Source of the DNA: Candidatus Multivoradales bacterium
GTDB lineage: Bacteria; Acidobacteriota; Thermoanaerobaculia; Multivoradales; J023
Reading direction: 5' to 3'
DNA length: 64,000 nt
Assembly: GCA_965248925.1 (NCBI GenBank)
Contig: CBDFLE010000005.1
Span: 1,024,001-1,088,000 of the forward strand
Shown here one piece after another: positions 49,940 through 59,600 of the stretch. Positions within the stretch are counted from its first letter, which is position 1, and every line of letters starts with the position of its first letter. Under the pieces are notes generated by a model. That model was given only the letters and a program-made list of their open reading frames with translations. It was not told where the DNA came from and ran no database searches. Both the position numbers and the translations under genes were made by a program.

Positions 49940-50621
49940 CGCCATTCCTCCGCAGAATCGGTTCTCCAAGCGCTCTTACAAAGAAACACCCGCTGGACGT
50001 TGGCTCGCTTTCGCGCCGGGCAAATTCCGAACCCGTATCCGATCCATTACAGACCGGCATTCGCTTCTTCCAGCGTCCTACTCCGGCACATCCAATAGCC
50101 TCCCTTGCGGTCAGCCTGCCTGGTTGACGATAGGAGTCGGAACGATCCCGGGCCGTTCGCTGACGCGGTGGGGCGGGAAAGATCGGACTCTCACCTTCGT
50201 AGGCGGACATACCAGGTTTACAAGTTCCGCTTTCGGAGTACGTAGCTTTAGGCATCAGCTTTAGACCGGGTGATCGACGACCGCGGGCCACGACTACGAG
50301 AACGTGGCCCCTGCCACCTTGCCGTTTGGCCAGGCCTGTCAGCCCCTTTGGCCCTTCATCATAACGATCCCTGCGCTGATTCACATGTGTTTGCCATGGC
50401 TACTACCAGACGCTATCCCGGATCGGGGCTCCCAGGAGCCTTGACGCCTCGCGGTGTCAAGACCGCACCGAGGTGCTTCGCGCATTGTCTGGCCCGCTCT
50501 TTATTCAGGGCCGTAGGTTCATCTGGCGGTACAGATGGTCCTCGCTCATGGGATGGGAAATCAAATAATTGCATTTCGGAGGACAACTCCTTTCATATAG
50601 AAAAGCGGCTTCTTGCCGCAC
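48692..50621 (-). mobile_element. Group II intron (chloroplast-like class inferred), 5' end intact, domains V/VI missing
   Basis: Minus strand begins GTGCGGCAAGAAG at 50621, ~680 nt upstream of the RT start. No domain V motif was seen downstream or beyond the IS21. Confidence 0.8.
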
Positions 50622-50975
50622 TCGTAGTTGCTATAGGTGATCCGCTGTGCCTCGGGGTGATTCTCGGAGAGGAGAAAGCCTCGACCGTCGTACTCGAAGG
50701 TACGAATCTGGGTGGTGTTACCGCCCTTCAGATTAGCCTGTTTCAACCGATCGCCGGAGTCGTAGAAATAGGTCGCCTGCAGGCCGCCCGCGGGCTCGGC
50801 TACCCGCACCAGCCGGCCGTAGCCATCGTAGATCTCTTCGGTGGCAAACTGGCTTTGGTTGACGCTGCCGTTGCCAGCCACGGAGGTGCCCACCCTTCCC
50901 CGGCGCTCCACCCGCCGATCGCCGACGTAGGTCACTCGCACATCGTGGGTAGCGCCGTCTGGCGAGGGCAGCGGC
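50622..50975 (-). pseudogene. RHS/YD-repeat protein fragment (intron 5' exon)
   Basis: YDGYGRLVRVAEP, YFYDSGDRL, RTFEYDGRGFLLSENHPE...YSNY, cut exactly at the intron GTGCG. Upper boundary approximate. Confidence 0.8.
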
Positions 50976-51019
50976 CGAGCAAGAAGTGCCCGACCGCTTG
51001 CGTCGCGTCTGCTAGAGAA

Positions 51020-51439
51020 TCAGAAGAACGGATCCAAACACGGCTCTCTGCAGCTGCTGAAATCAGAGTCCGAGAAGATCGGCAACAGCCCACCTCCAAT
51101 CGTCGCAAATGTTTCGCAGCTGGCCCGAACCGGGCATGGAACGCCCTCGTGAGAGTTGTTCAGGATCGCACTGTTCCCATCGCTAACACAGCAGAAGGTA
51201 ATATTTCTATCTACGTGAGGGATACAGTTGAACAGGTCGTGAGTAGTCTGCCATCGAATCGGTTCGGTTGCCCAGATCGCCGGAATAGTGCCTGTGACTT
51301 CTACTGTATAAATGAACTGTACCTGTACTGCGAGGGAGCAATTGGGCGCCATTGCATGGGCGGTAACCGAGATAGCAATGGCATGGGAAGCGGCCGGAAG
51401 ACAAAGAGCCACCACGGTGATTATTAGAATCTTACGCAT
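51020..51439 (-). CDS. Small secreted Cys-rich hypothetical protein
   Basis: GGAGG RBS, signal peptide, 8 Cys in the mature part. Confidence 0.6.
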   Translation of the reverse strand: MRKILIITVVALCLPAASHAIAISVTAHAMAPNCSLAVQVQFIYTVEVTGTIPAIWATEPIRWQTTHDLFNCIPHVDRNITFCCVSDGNSAILNNSHEGVPCPVRASCETFATIGGGLLPIFSDSDFSSCREPCLDPFF

Positions 51440-51455
51440 AGCAAGCCTCCTTTGT

Positions 51456-52094
51456 TCAGTGTTCTTGGGTTGCGAAATGACGTTCGAAAGTTTCAGCGAC
51501 TTCCCAGACAGAACTACCCTCTAGAAACGGCTTGTCGCTCGTTACAGAAGTGTTCATACGCAGGTCTCGGTCCAGATAGATGTCAATTCCACTCGTATCG
51601 AGACCTATGGTCTTCAGATCCCGATCCAGGCTTGCATAGATCTCAGCAAGATGTCGCACTCGGTCTAGAGACCGCTCGTGATTTGCTTGTATCCTGGCAT
51701 CACCCACCAGCCCGGCTAGCTCAATCGGATCCGGAGCACTTGAATCTCCATATTTCAGAACTGTTGTCGAGCCGTCCTCTTCCTGTGTTTCACGCACAAT
51801 CATCGGTTGACCATTTGTTACGATATCAAGATATCGGTTGGCTGCGGCGAGGAGAATCGAAGACACCCGAGGATCTTTGAGGTTGATTGATTCGAGCAGA
51901 ACCTCAGTCGATCCCGAATGCTCGAGTTGAGTCGGGACGGCTAGGAAAAAATGATGCAACAGGATATGTTTGGGAATTTCCTGCTTATCGTACTTGTACG
52001 AAAGATCTGGCAGCTCACTGGCGACTTGCTGCGCAGCGGCCATCGTGGAGAGGAGAAGGCCAATGCTCACGGCCAGGATAGGAAGTACATTCAT
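51456..52094 (-). CDS. Secreted hypothetical protein
   Basis: GGAG RBS, signal peptide, 212 aa, 16 nt from the next gene. Confidence 0.7.
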   Translation of the reverse strand: MNVLPILAVSIGLLLSTMAAAQQVASELPDLSYKYDKQEIPKHILLHHFFLAVPTQLEHSGSTEVLLESINLKDPRVSSILLAAANRYLDIVTNGQPMIVRETQEEDGSTTVLKYGDSSAPDPIELAGLVGDARIQANHERSLDRVRHLAEIYASLDRDLKTIGLDTSGIDIYLDRDLRMNTSVTSDKPFLEGSSVWEVAETFERHFATQEH

Positions 52095-52307
52095 GATTCA
52101 TTCCTCCAATTAGGAAATTATCGCGGTTCATCTGGCGCGAAATCAGATAGCGAGGGAAACGCTAGCATATCTCGGCCTGCTTTTCTACGAACTTACGGGG
52201 AGCGCCTAGGACTGGTCAGCGCATTTCATGTTTCCTCCTTGGGATTCAGCAGGTTGTGTTGGTCTGCGCGTTTGTGAACGCCTCGCGATCGATGGTGCAA
52301 CCCATTA

Positions 52308-52475
52308 TCACCGGCACTCTGTATCGGCCACCGACAAGCGCTCGGCCGCCAAGCCGACGGCAGTGGCTGCGTGGCTGTCGAAAGTCAGATCGAGAGCCTG
52401 GGTTGGGGATGGCAGGGTGAGCAGGGCGGTGAGTAGAAGAACCGGCAAGGCAAGAGGGAGGTGATGGCTCGGCAT
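52308..52475 (-). CDS. 55-aa signal-peptide ORF (small secreted peptide or gene remnant)
   Basis: AAGGAG RBS, then MPSHHLPLALPVLLLTALLTLPSPTQA followed by 28 residues. Confidence 0.4.
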   Translation of the reverse strand: MPSHHLPLALPVLLLTALLTLPSPTQALDLTFDSHAATAVGLAAERLSVADTECR

Positions 52476-52573
52476 TGGGGGTCGCTCCTTTCGCGGATGC
52501 GGGTTGCGGAGAATCGCTTCAGTCTCTATAGGCGTAAATGGGCCGGCTTCGTTACAACAGGGGTCAAAAACTT

Positions 52574-52993
52574 TCATCGGCGGTCGTTGACTTGGCTGGC
52601 GGCCAGGGCTGTTTCGAGGGCACATTCCGTGAGGGTGTTGGCCAGCTGGTCCATGGCTTCGCAGCGGCGCTGCCCATTCATCGGAATGCGCTCTCGCTCA
52701 GCCAAGGTGCGCAGAAACTGCTCGGCTTGCCGCTGACCACCACGGCGCGAGTCGAGGACTTTGTCGATGAACCAGAGAATGGCGGATGCGGGCTCCAGGT
52801 AGCAGCGGTTAAGGCTCGCCAGGAAGCTGCCGGCAAGGTCTCCGGTGGAGGTGCTGGGGTTCACTTGGAGCTTGGCCCGCGCCACGATCCAGGAATGCTC
52901 CAAGCGCAGGGAGGCACCGGTGACTTGAGAGGCGACCTGGCGTAGCAGAGCGCGCAGCTCAAGGTCGTCTAGTTGCTCTGTCCCGCTATCCAT
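52574..52993 (-). CDS. Hypothetical protein
   Basis: 139-aa ORF whose start overlaps the upstream stop. Confidence 0.5.
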   Translation of the reverse strand: MDSGTEQLDDLELRALLRQVASQVTGASLRLEHSWIVARAKLQVNPSTSTGDLAGSFLASLNRCYLEPASAILWFIDKVLDSRRGGQRQAEQFLRTLAERERIPMNGQRRCEAMDQLANTLTECALETALAASQVNDRR

Positions 52994-53297
52994 GACGGGG
53001 TGTCCGCTGCTCTACCTCGGCGGCGAGGCTCTCGATGGCGCGGGCCAGGGAGAGATGGCGCTCGGTGAGTTCGGTTTCGGTAGCACAGGGCAGGCGCACT
53101 TTCAAAGTGCTGCCTTGGAGGTGCAGATCGAGCGGCATCTCCAGCCTCTTGGCCAGCACGAGGCTCTTGCGCAGCAGGTCGCTGGCGCTGGTGAAGTTGG
53201 CGAGGCCGATCTGGCGGCTGATGACCTGGTCTGCGGTACTGGGTTGACGCCAGTGGACTAAACCCTTCAAGCCGAGTTGGATGCGTTCTGGTTTCAT
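52986..53297 (-). CDS. Pterin-4a-carbinolamine dehydratase (PCD)-like protein 2, degenerate
   Basis: AGGAG RBS, ERIQ..L..L.HW......ISR....NF..A, C-terminal LTERHLSLARAIE. No HHP motif. Confidence 0.6.
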   Translation of the reverse strand: MKPERIQLGLKGLVHWRQPSTADQVISRQIGLANFTSASDLLRKSLVLAKRLEMPLDLHLQGSTLKVRLPCATETELTERHLSLARAIESLAAEVEQRTPRHG

Positions 53298-53330
53298 CGC
53301 TGTTCTCCTGGTGAGTGTCATGACCGGGTG

Positions 53331-53372
53331 AAAAAAGAGCCTCCGGGCCGGGAGAGAGGGCCGGCCCGGAGG
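53331..53372 (-). terminator. Intrinsic terminator between the two PCD-like genes
   Basis: 12-bp stem CCTCCGGGCCGG / CCGGCCCGGAGG followed by CTCTTTTTT on the minus strand. Confidence 0.75.
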
Positions 53373-53399
53373 TAGGGAGGGTTCCGGCGGCCTCAGGGT

Positions 53400-53687
53400 C
53401 TAACCGCCGGATCCGCATGGGAGGTCGAGGGAATGGGCATATTCGAAATGCCGGTGAGTCAGGCTGGCTGGGGGTCGTGGCGCGATCTGGATACTGAGCC
53501 GCCGGCCGACGACGACGATTCGCGGGGTGATCGCCAGCCGCTCGCCGGTGAAGAGCACGAAATCGACGAAGATCATGGCGTCGCGCCAAGTGTCGAGCAG
53601 GTAGTGCTTGCCGATCGCTTGGACGTTTTCGGCGCGGCGCCAGCCGCTCAGTGGGCTCAAGGCGGCTTGGATTTGATCGTCGGTCAT
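53400..53687 (-). CDS. PCD-like protein 1, degenerate
   Basis: MTDDQIQAALSPLSGW....AI.K.Y....W.DAM.FV, C-terminal LTHRHFEYAHSLD. ITP is found where HHP is expected. Confidence 0.7.
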   Translation of the reverse strand: MTDDQIQAALSPLSGWRRAENVQAIGKHYLLDTWRDAMIFVDFVLFTGERLAITPRIVVVGRRLSIQIAPRPPASLTHRHFEYAHSLDLPCGSGG

Positions 53688-53897
53688 CACGGGCGATCTA
53701 CTTTCGAGTAGGAACGATTCAGGCATGCCAAGAGCCTAGAGGGCAGGCGGAACTCTCCGAGCACAATTTAGAAGAATCAGCAAAGATGCTGATCTCATCT
53801 CGGATTGGCAGCAGATGGATCAGCATCTTTGCTGACTAGGTTGTCGATCTGCCTGTCGTGCGAGGCTGCGGGGAAATCGAATTGGGAGCGCCATGTC

Positions 53898-55316
53898 ATG
53901 GAGGGGAAGCTGCTACGGAGGGTTATCGAGGTTCTGAGCCGGATGGTCGAGGCTCACCCGCTGCTGAAGAGAGAAATCGATATCCGAGCTGGCCTCAGCA
54001 CCGGCTACTTGAGTCGCGCGCTGAACACTGGCGCGATGAGCTTGCCCAGCCTGGATCTGGTGCTGGCGGCGATGAGGGTGTCGCCCCAGGAGTTCTTCAG
54101 TAGGGTGACCGGGCTCGACCCGGCCGAGTTCCTCGGTACCAGCCGTGGCGATCCAGGCGTCAGTGCTGCTCTGCGAGCGGTGTTCCTTGGCGAGACTTCC
54201 TCCTGCTGCGCTACAGAGCCGCACAGGCTTCAACTGCTACTCGAGGTGCTACCAGAAGCGGCGCTGGCTCGGCATTTTCGAGAGAATGAGTGTTGGAGAA
54301 CGTTGCAGGCGGTGGAAGTAGCTTGTGACCACCTAGCCCTCGTACGCTTCACAGACCCGGGCGCCTCAGCGGAGTTGGCCCGGTCTTTGGTCGAGGGGGT
54401 CGGAGGACGCGGCGGTTGCTGTGCAGGAGCCTTGAAGGCAAGCAGAGCTTTAGTAAGCGCCAATCAGCTAGGTGGCTGGATGACGGCTGCAAAGAGTGCG
54501 GCCTACAGCATGGTGGTGCCATCATGCGGGCGAGGTTCCTTCATTTCCTATATGACCGGCGGGCAGATTATTTTCGCACTTGGAGAGTATCCCAAAGCAC
54601 GGAGGTACTACAGGGAGGCTCGGAGGTTGGCGCTGGGCGACTCTGCTTGTTACCTTGAAGCAGAAGTAGCGACTGCTCGCTGTCTGGTTGTACTGGATGA
54701 AATGGACAATCGACAACTCGACTGATACCTGGATCTCCTGAAAGGTTCTTCGAACTGGCTTCGATCAATTAGCATGCACCAGTGTGCTGCCAATTGGTTC
54801 GCACGAAAGAAAATGCAGATTGAAGCGAATGTTCAGTTGCAACGCGCGAGAGCTTTTCTGCCGCATAGCGGAGCACCGTATCTAGAGGCGTGGCTGCTTT
54901 GGACCGAATCAACGATCCAACAGTCAACTGGCAACCTTGAAGCAACCGAAGAACATGTTTCGCTGGCGGTGGAGTTGTTCGCCGGTATCAATCCATTTGA
55001 TGCTGTGTTGGCTAACATAGATCTTGTCGATCTCTTGATCTCGATGGGAAGGATAGAGGAGGCAAGGTCCGAATTTCACGATTTACAACAGCGGTATCTT
55101 TGGGGTACTGAGCGCCTTGGTATGCTTGCCCCACTAGAGCAAGAGTCGGAGGAGTTATCTTCAAGGACAAGCGGCGCTCAAAAGTCCAGGTTTCGGCCCA
55201 CCACACAGGTTTTCTCGCGCATCAACGGACTAATCACTAGAACAACACGCCGAATTCGTCAGCGAGGAGGTGGTCGCACTTGCTATTCTGATATGGGAAC
55301 TGGAAAACGACAGTAG
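53898..55316 (+). pseudogene. Xre-like HTH plus TPR-like helical protein, split by an in-frame TGA
   Basis: HTH-like RAGLSTGYLSRAL...VSPQEFF and TPR-like LGEYPKARRYYREA. ORFs ending at 54725 and starting at 54774 share a frame with only the TGA at 54723-54725 between them. Confidence 0.65.
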
Positions 55317-55545
55317 TTCGTGGTGCAGGCGGTGCCCACCAAGCTAGCAGCGGAGCTGTACTTAGGGCTTCATTGAAGACTCTTCGCCTTGCTGCTAGGC
55401 AACTAGGCGAGGGGGTTGAGCGATTCTCTCCAATTGAGGGCAGAAGCGAGAAGTCCGGGATGGGTACTTCTCTAGACAAGAGTAGACTCTCTGGTAACCA
55501 GCCGGTGTCTTCTGTGCGGCAGCGGCCACTGCCCCACCGAGAGTT

Positions 55546-55630
55546 ACTCCCTCGACGAAGTCATCAGGACAACTCCGGCCTTGGCTAGCGGCGCCATGTA
55601 CGTGCGAGGCCGGCGCCACCTCTTCGCGAT
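55546..55630 (+). repeat. Right copy of 85-bp diverged direct repeat (orphan propeller C-terminus)
   Basis: Translates SLDEVIRTTPALASGAMYVRGRRHLFAI, with no propeller sequence upstream. Confidence 0.92.
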
Positions 55631-55713
55631 TGCTGCGGCGGCTCCGCCGACTGCTCAAGGCGGTAACACCCCCCCCACCCCAATAGTCGTCCCCAGGCAC
55701 CCGAAGCGACAAG

Positions 55714-56463
55714 CTACCAAGCCGGGCCCTGGTCTAGCTTATCGAGCAGCGATGACCTGCCTGAAGAATCCGTCTTGATCGGATACCAGGAACCGGCACG
55801 GCGCATCGCGACAGGATTTCCGTCGAGCGGCCGCAGCGTCAGCAGATCACTAGACGCCTGGTAGGTGGCGCAGGTTGCCGGCGTGCCTCCAGCTTGTAGA
55901 ACCAGTTGGCCATCTTCAATCGAACATCTGATCTCGAAAACCGCCATCGGCAGGCGAAATTGATGCCACCCATCGGCGAGAAATCGATGATAGGCCCAAG
56001 TACCCTTGGCAACCTTACTTTTCCACGAGCCGAGCACAGAGTCGGCAGACCCCGACAAACGGCGGTGCCGTATAGCCTCCTTGCCCGTTCCTAGAATGAG
56101 CTTCTTGTCAGTGAGTTGAAACGGCGTTCCCTGCGTCCTTTCAGCAGGCAGCCAGATGAGCCCGTTCTCTACTCTAAAAGCGCTGTCCACAATGACCACT
56201 ACGACACTTGAGCAAGTGCCATCGCCTCGCACCTCCAATGCCGAGCTGATGCCGCTACTTGGAGTTTCGACCGCCTCCCACAGGCCATTGATCGTGACCC
56301 CTTCGGCACTTGCCGAGGGCACCGTTGGAGAGGGAGACCGAGCAAGGCTGAGACTCGGCAGAAAAACCAAGGCGAGGGAGAGAATGAATGCCGCTCGACG
56401 TTGTTCTTGAGCTTGAAAGAAAGTCACTTTTAGCCTCCTACTACTGTTGAATTGCTCCCTCAT
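55714..56463 (-). CDS. Hypothetical exported protein (lipocalin-like repeats?)
   Basis: Hydrophobic N-terminal segment and two (I/L).G.W...(DG) units. Start uncertain. Confidence 0.5.
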   Translation of the reverse strand: MREQFNSSRRLKVTFFQAQEQRRAAFILSLALVFLPSLSLARSPSPTVPSASAEGVTINGLWEAVETPSSGISSALEVRGDGTCSSVVVVIVDSAFRVENGLIWLPAERTQGTPFQLTDKKLILGTGKEAIRHRRLSGSADSVLGSWKSKVAKGTWAYHRFLADGWHQFRLPMAVFEIRCSIEDGQLVLQAGGTPATCATYQASSDLLTLRPLDGNPVAMRRAGSWYPIKTDSSGRSSLLDKLDQGPAW

Positions 56464-56668
56464 GTTGCCCCCTAAAGGCAGTTACGAAAGCAATGCTCAT
56501 GCCAGCAGTCGGCGGCCAGCAGAAGGCCGTGATTTCGGGGATTTGGCGGGTCGGACAGAGGGAGAAGAAGCTCCTTCACCGTACAAGTCTGTACAAGGAA
56601 CGCCTATCGATCTAAAGCAAGAGAGGGGTGAGCCAATCTACAGACTCGAAGTTCCCCGAGCGAAACAG

Positions 56669-59600
56669 CTAAGAACCCACCCGCCCCGCCCGCTCGGCCA
56701 AGGCCACGTAACCACGGGCCGCGGCGCGCTCGCGGACTCGCTGGGCGATGGCGCCACCTTCAGCGCCGCCGCCGGCAGCAATTCGTAACTCGGCGCGCAG
56801 CAACTCGCCCAACAGCTGTTGTTCGGCGTAGCCCGAGAGAGTGGCGAGGGCGGTGGCCGCTTCCAGGTGCCGTCCCGCCGCCGCTGTGTGGTGACGGGCG
56901 AGTTCGAGGCCAACACCGGCCAGGCCGACCTCGATCACCACTAGCTTGCGGTCACTGATGGCGGCCAGGCTCTCGGCCAACCGCAACTCGGCGGCGGCAT
57001 CGGCGTAGCGACCACTAGCCCCCAGAGCCTGCACCACAACCGCTCGCGCCAAGGCTTCTTCGGCCGCGCGGCCGGCCCGCTGGCAGGCGGCGGCGGCCAG
57101 AACTGCTTGCTCCTCGGCAGCAACCGGCTCGCCTTCGAGAATGGAGAGGCGGGCGAGGGCGATCTGGCTCTCGGTTAGCCCGGCTACTTCGCCGAGTTCG
57201 CGGCGTAGCTCTAGAGCCTCTTGGTGTAGCTGGCGAGCGGCTGCTCTCTCTCCCACCACTCGCTCTAGCTCGGCTTGTTGGTAGAGGGTCTGGGCCAGCT
57301 TGCTGGGGCTGTCTATTTCTTCGGCCAGAGTCCGCGCTTGGCCGAGCAAGTCGCCGGCTCGCTCTAGCTCGCCGACCCTGAAGAACACCAGAGCTAGGTT
57401 GTTGAGGGCGCTGACCTCGCCGCCTTTCTGACCCAGCTGGCGGTGCAGCTCGAGAGCCTCGGCGCCACGCCGGCGACTGGCCTCGAGTTCGCCAGCGAGA
57501 CGCTCTACCGCCGCCAGGTTGTTGAGCGTGTAGGCCACTGCGCCACGCTGGCCAAGCTCTTTCCAGGTGATCAGTACGTCTTCGAGTAGGTCGCGGGCCT
57601 TTTCCAGGTCATCGCGATTGACGAATAACACCGCCAAGTTGTTGAGCGCGGTGGCCAACCCGTGACGATTGCCGGTCTCGCGGTAGATGGCGGCGGTTTC
57701 ACCGTACAGGGTCTGGGCCCGGTCTAACTCGCCCCGCCGCCGCGCCTGCAACGCCAAGCTGCCGAGGGAGGTGGCGACGCCGTCTTGATCACCAATTGAG
57801 CGAAAGCGCGACAGGGCCTCGGTGTAGTCGCGTTCGGCGTCGGCCATGTGACCCAGATCGAGCAGCGAGTTGCCCCGCTTGAGCAAAGCCAGGGCGGCGT
57901 GGGTGGGCAACGCCAGTCGGGTGTAGATAGCCAAGGCTTGCTCGGCCGAGGCCCGCGACGCCGCCGCCTGCCCAAGCGCCTGTTGGGCGTCAGCAGCCAC
58001 CAAACGAGCTTCGCCGAGCAACAGGCTGGCACCCAGACCGCCGGCAGCCTCGGCGGCGCTCTCGGCGGCCGCCAGCTTGCCGGCGAAATCGCCCAAGGCG
58101 GTGCTGGCCGAGGCCATCGCCAAGTCGATTCGAGGATCGTCTGAACTCGGTGGCGGTAGGAGCTGCAATTCGTCGGTTGTCTCAAGGGCAGCCCGCGGCG
58201 AACCGCCAGCGACCTCCACCGCCGCCAACCTCAAACCGTATTCCAAGTTGTCGGGAAAGGTCTGCCATAGGGAGTCGAAGATCTCGATCGCCGCTGGCCA
58301 CTCGCCAGCCGATTTGCGATACAGGCCTTCGAGCAGCAAGCGGTCTTCGCGTCCCAACTCGGTCGACAGCTCGAAGGCCCGCTTTGCCTGCTGGGTTGCC
58401 CGAGCAGCGTAACCCAACGCATCCCAAGCTTGGGACAAGGCAGAGTGCAGGAAGGCTCGACCGGGCTCACCAGCCACCGCTTGCTGCAACAAATCGCGTG
58501 CCTCGACCGGCCGCGAACCTCGCAGCGCCTCAATCGCTTCGGCGTAGAGGCGGGCAATGCCGGCATTGGTGGGCAAGCCACTGACCGCGCTGGTGGTGGC
58601 GGCTTCGGCGCCGAGTTGTTGCCGCAGCTGATCGCCAAGTCGGGTCACCAGGGCGAAAATGTCGCCGTCGGCAGCGGTTTCACCCAAAGACGCCACGGTG
58701 CGGGCCAAAGCAGTGTCTTGCAAACGCAAATCGAGACGCAGCGGCTGCCCGTCACCGCGCGCCACATAGCCGCCGCTAACCACGAAATCGCAACCAGCGG
58801 TGGCCCGCAGACGGTGCAGCAGGTCTTCGGACAAGACGCCACCGGCGCTGAGCTGAAGCTCGCGCCGCACCCGGGCAATAGTCGCCGCCGGAACCGTTCG
58901 CAAGCTCTCTCCACGGGCCAGCTCGGTGGACAGCATCTCGCCCAAGGCGGTGGACATCCAAGCCACCTCGTCGCGACCGGTGCGGTTCTCGAATCCAAGC
59001 ACCGCTACGGAACTGCGCGGAGTCAGAGTTTGCGCCCCCGGCTGCCACCAGCGGTTCCAGGCCCACACCCCGGCCGCCAACAAGACCACCAGCATCAGCG
59101 CCGCGCCCAAGCCAGGTCGGCGCCGATTCGGAAGCCGTAGGCTAGCTGTTGGGGGACCCACGGCGGTGGAGTCCAAATCCGCGGTCGCTCGCCGTGACAA
59201 ATTAAGTGTCGGCCCGGCGAGCGCAGTCGGTGAAGGGTGCAGCGGTTTCGCTTCCAGCGCCGCAACCACCTCTACCGCCGAGTGGAAGCGATCTGCCGGC
59301 CGACGCTCCAAGCAGCGCAGGATCACCCGCTGCCAACGCGGGTCGATGTCCGGCAGATGAACATGCGGCGGCGTCGGCGGTTCCTTGAGTCGCTTGACTG
59401 CCTTGATCAGCGGCGTCTCGCCTTCGAAAGGCAATCTGCCGGTGAGCAGCTCGTAGAGCACCACGCCAAAGGCATAGACGTCGGCCTCCGGAGTGATGGT
59501 CTCGCTCTCGAGCTGCTCCGGCGCCATGTAGGCCGGCGTGCCGACGTAGCCGGCACCGGTAACCTCGGCAGCGAACGGATCGTCGGCCCGAGCAATGCCA

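Noticed and set aside
50270-51427. 385-aa plus-strand ORF
   Set aside because: Antisense shadow across the intron RNA, RHS fragment and a secreted gene; no recognisable motifs.
40162-54725. Stop-codon reassignment or selenocysteine (in-frame TGA at 40162 and 54723, TAG at 44275)
   Set aside because: TGA and TAG terminate many intact neighbouring genes, the positions are not Cys-like catalytic sites, and frameshifts nearby indicate general decay.
37934-55630. Diversity-generating retroelement (RT plus a repeat pair at a gene 3' end)
   Set aside because: Mismatches are mostly synonymous and not restricted to adenines in either copy. The RT has group II intron features (YADD, domain X, GUGCG 5' end).
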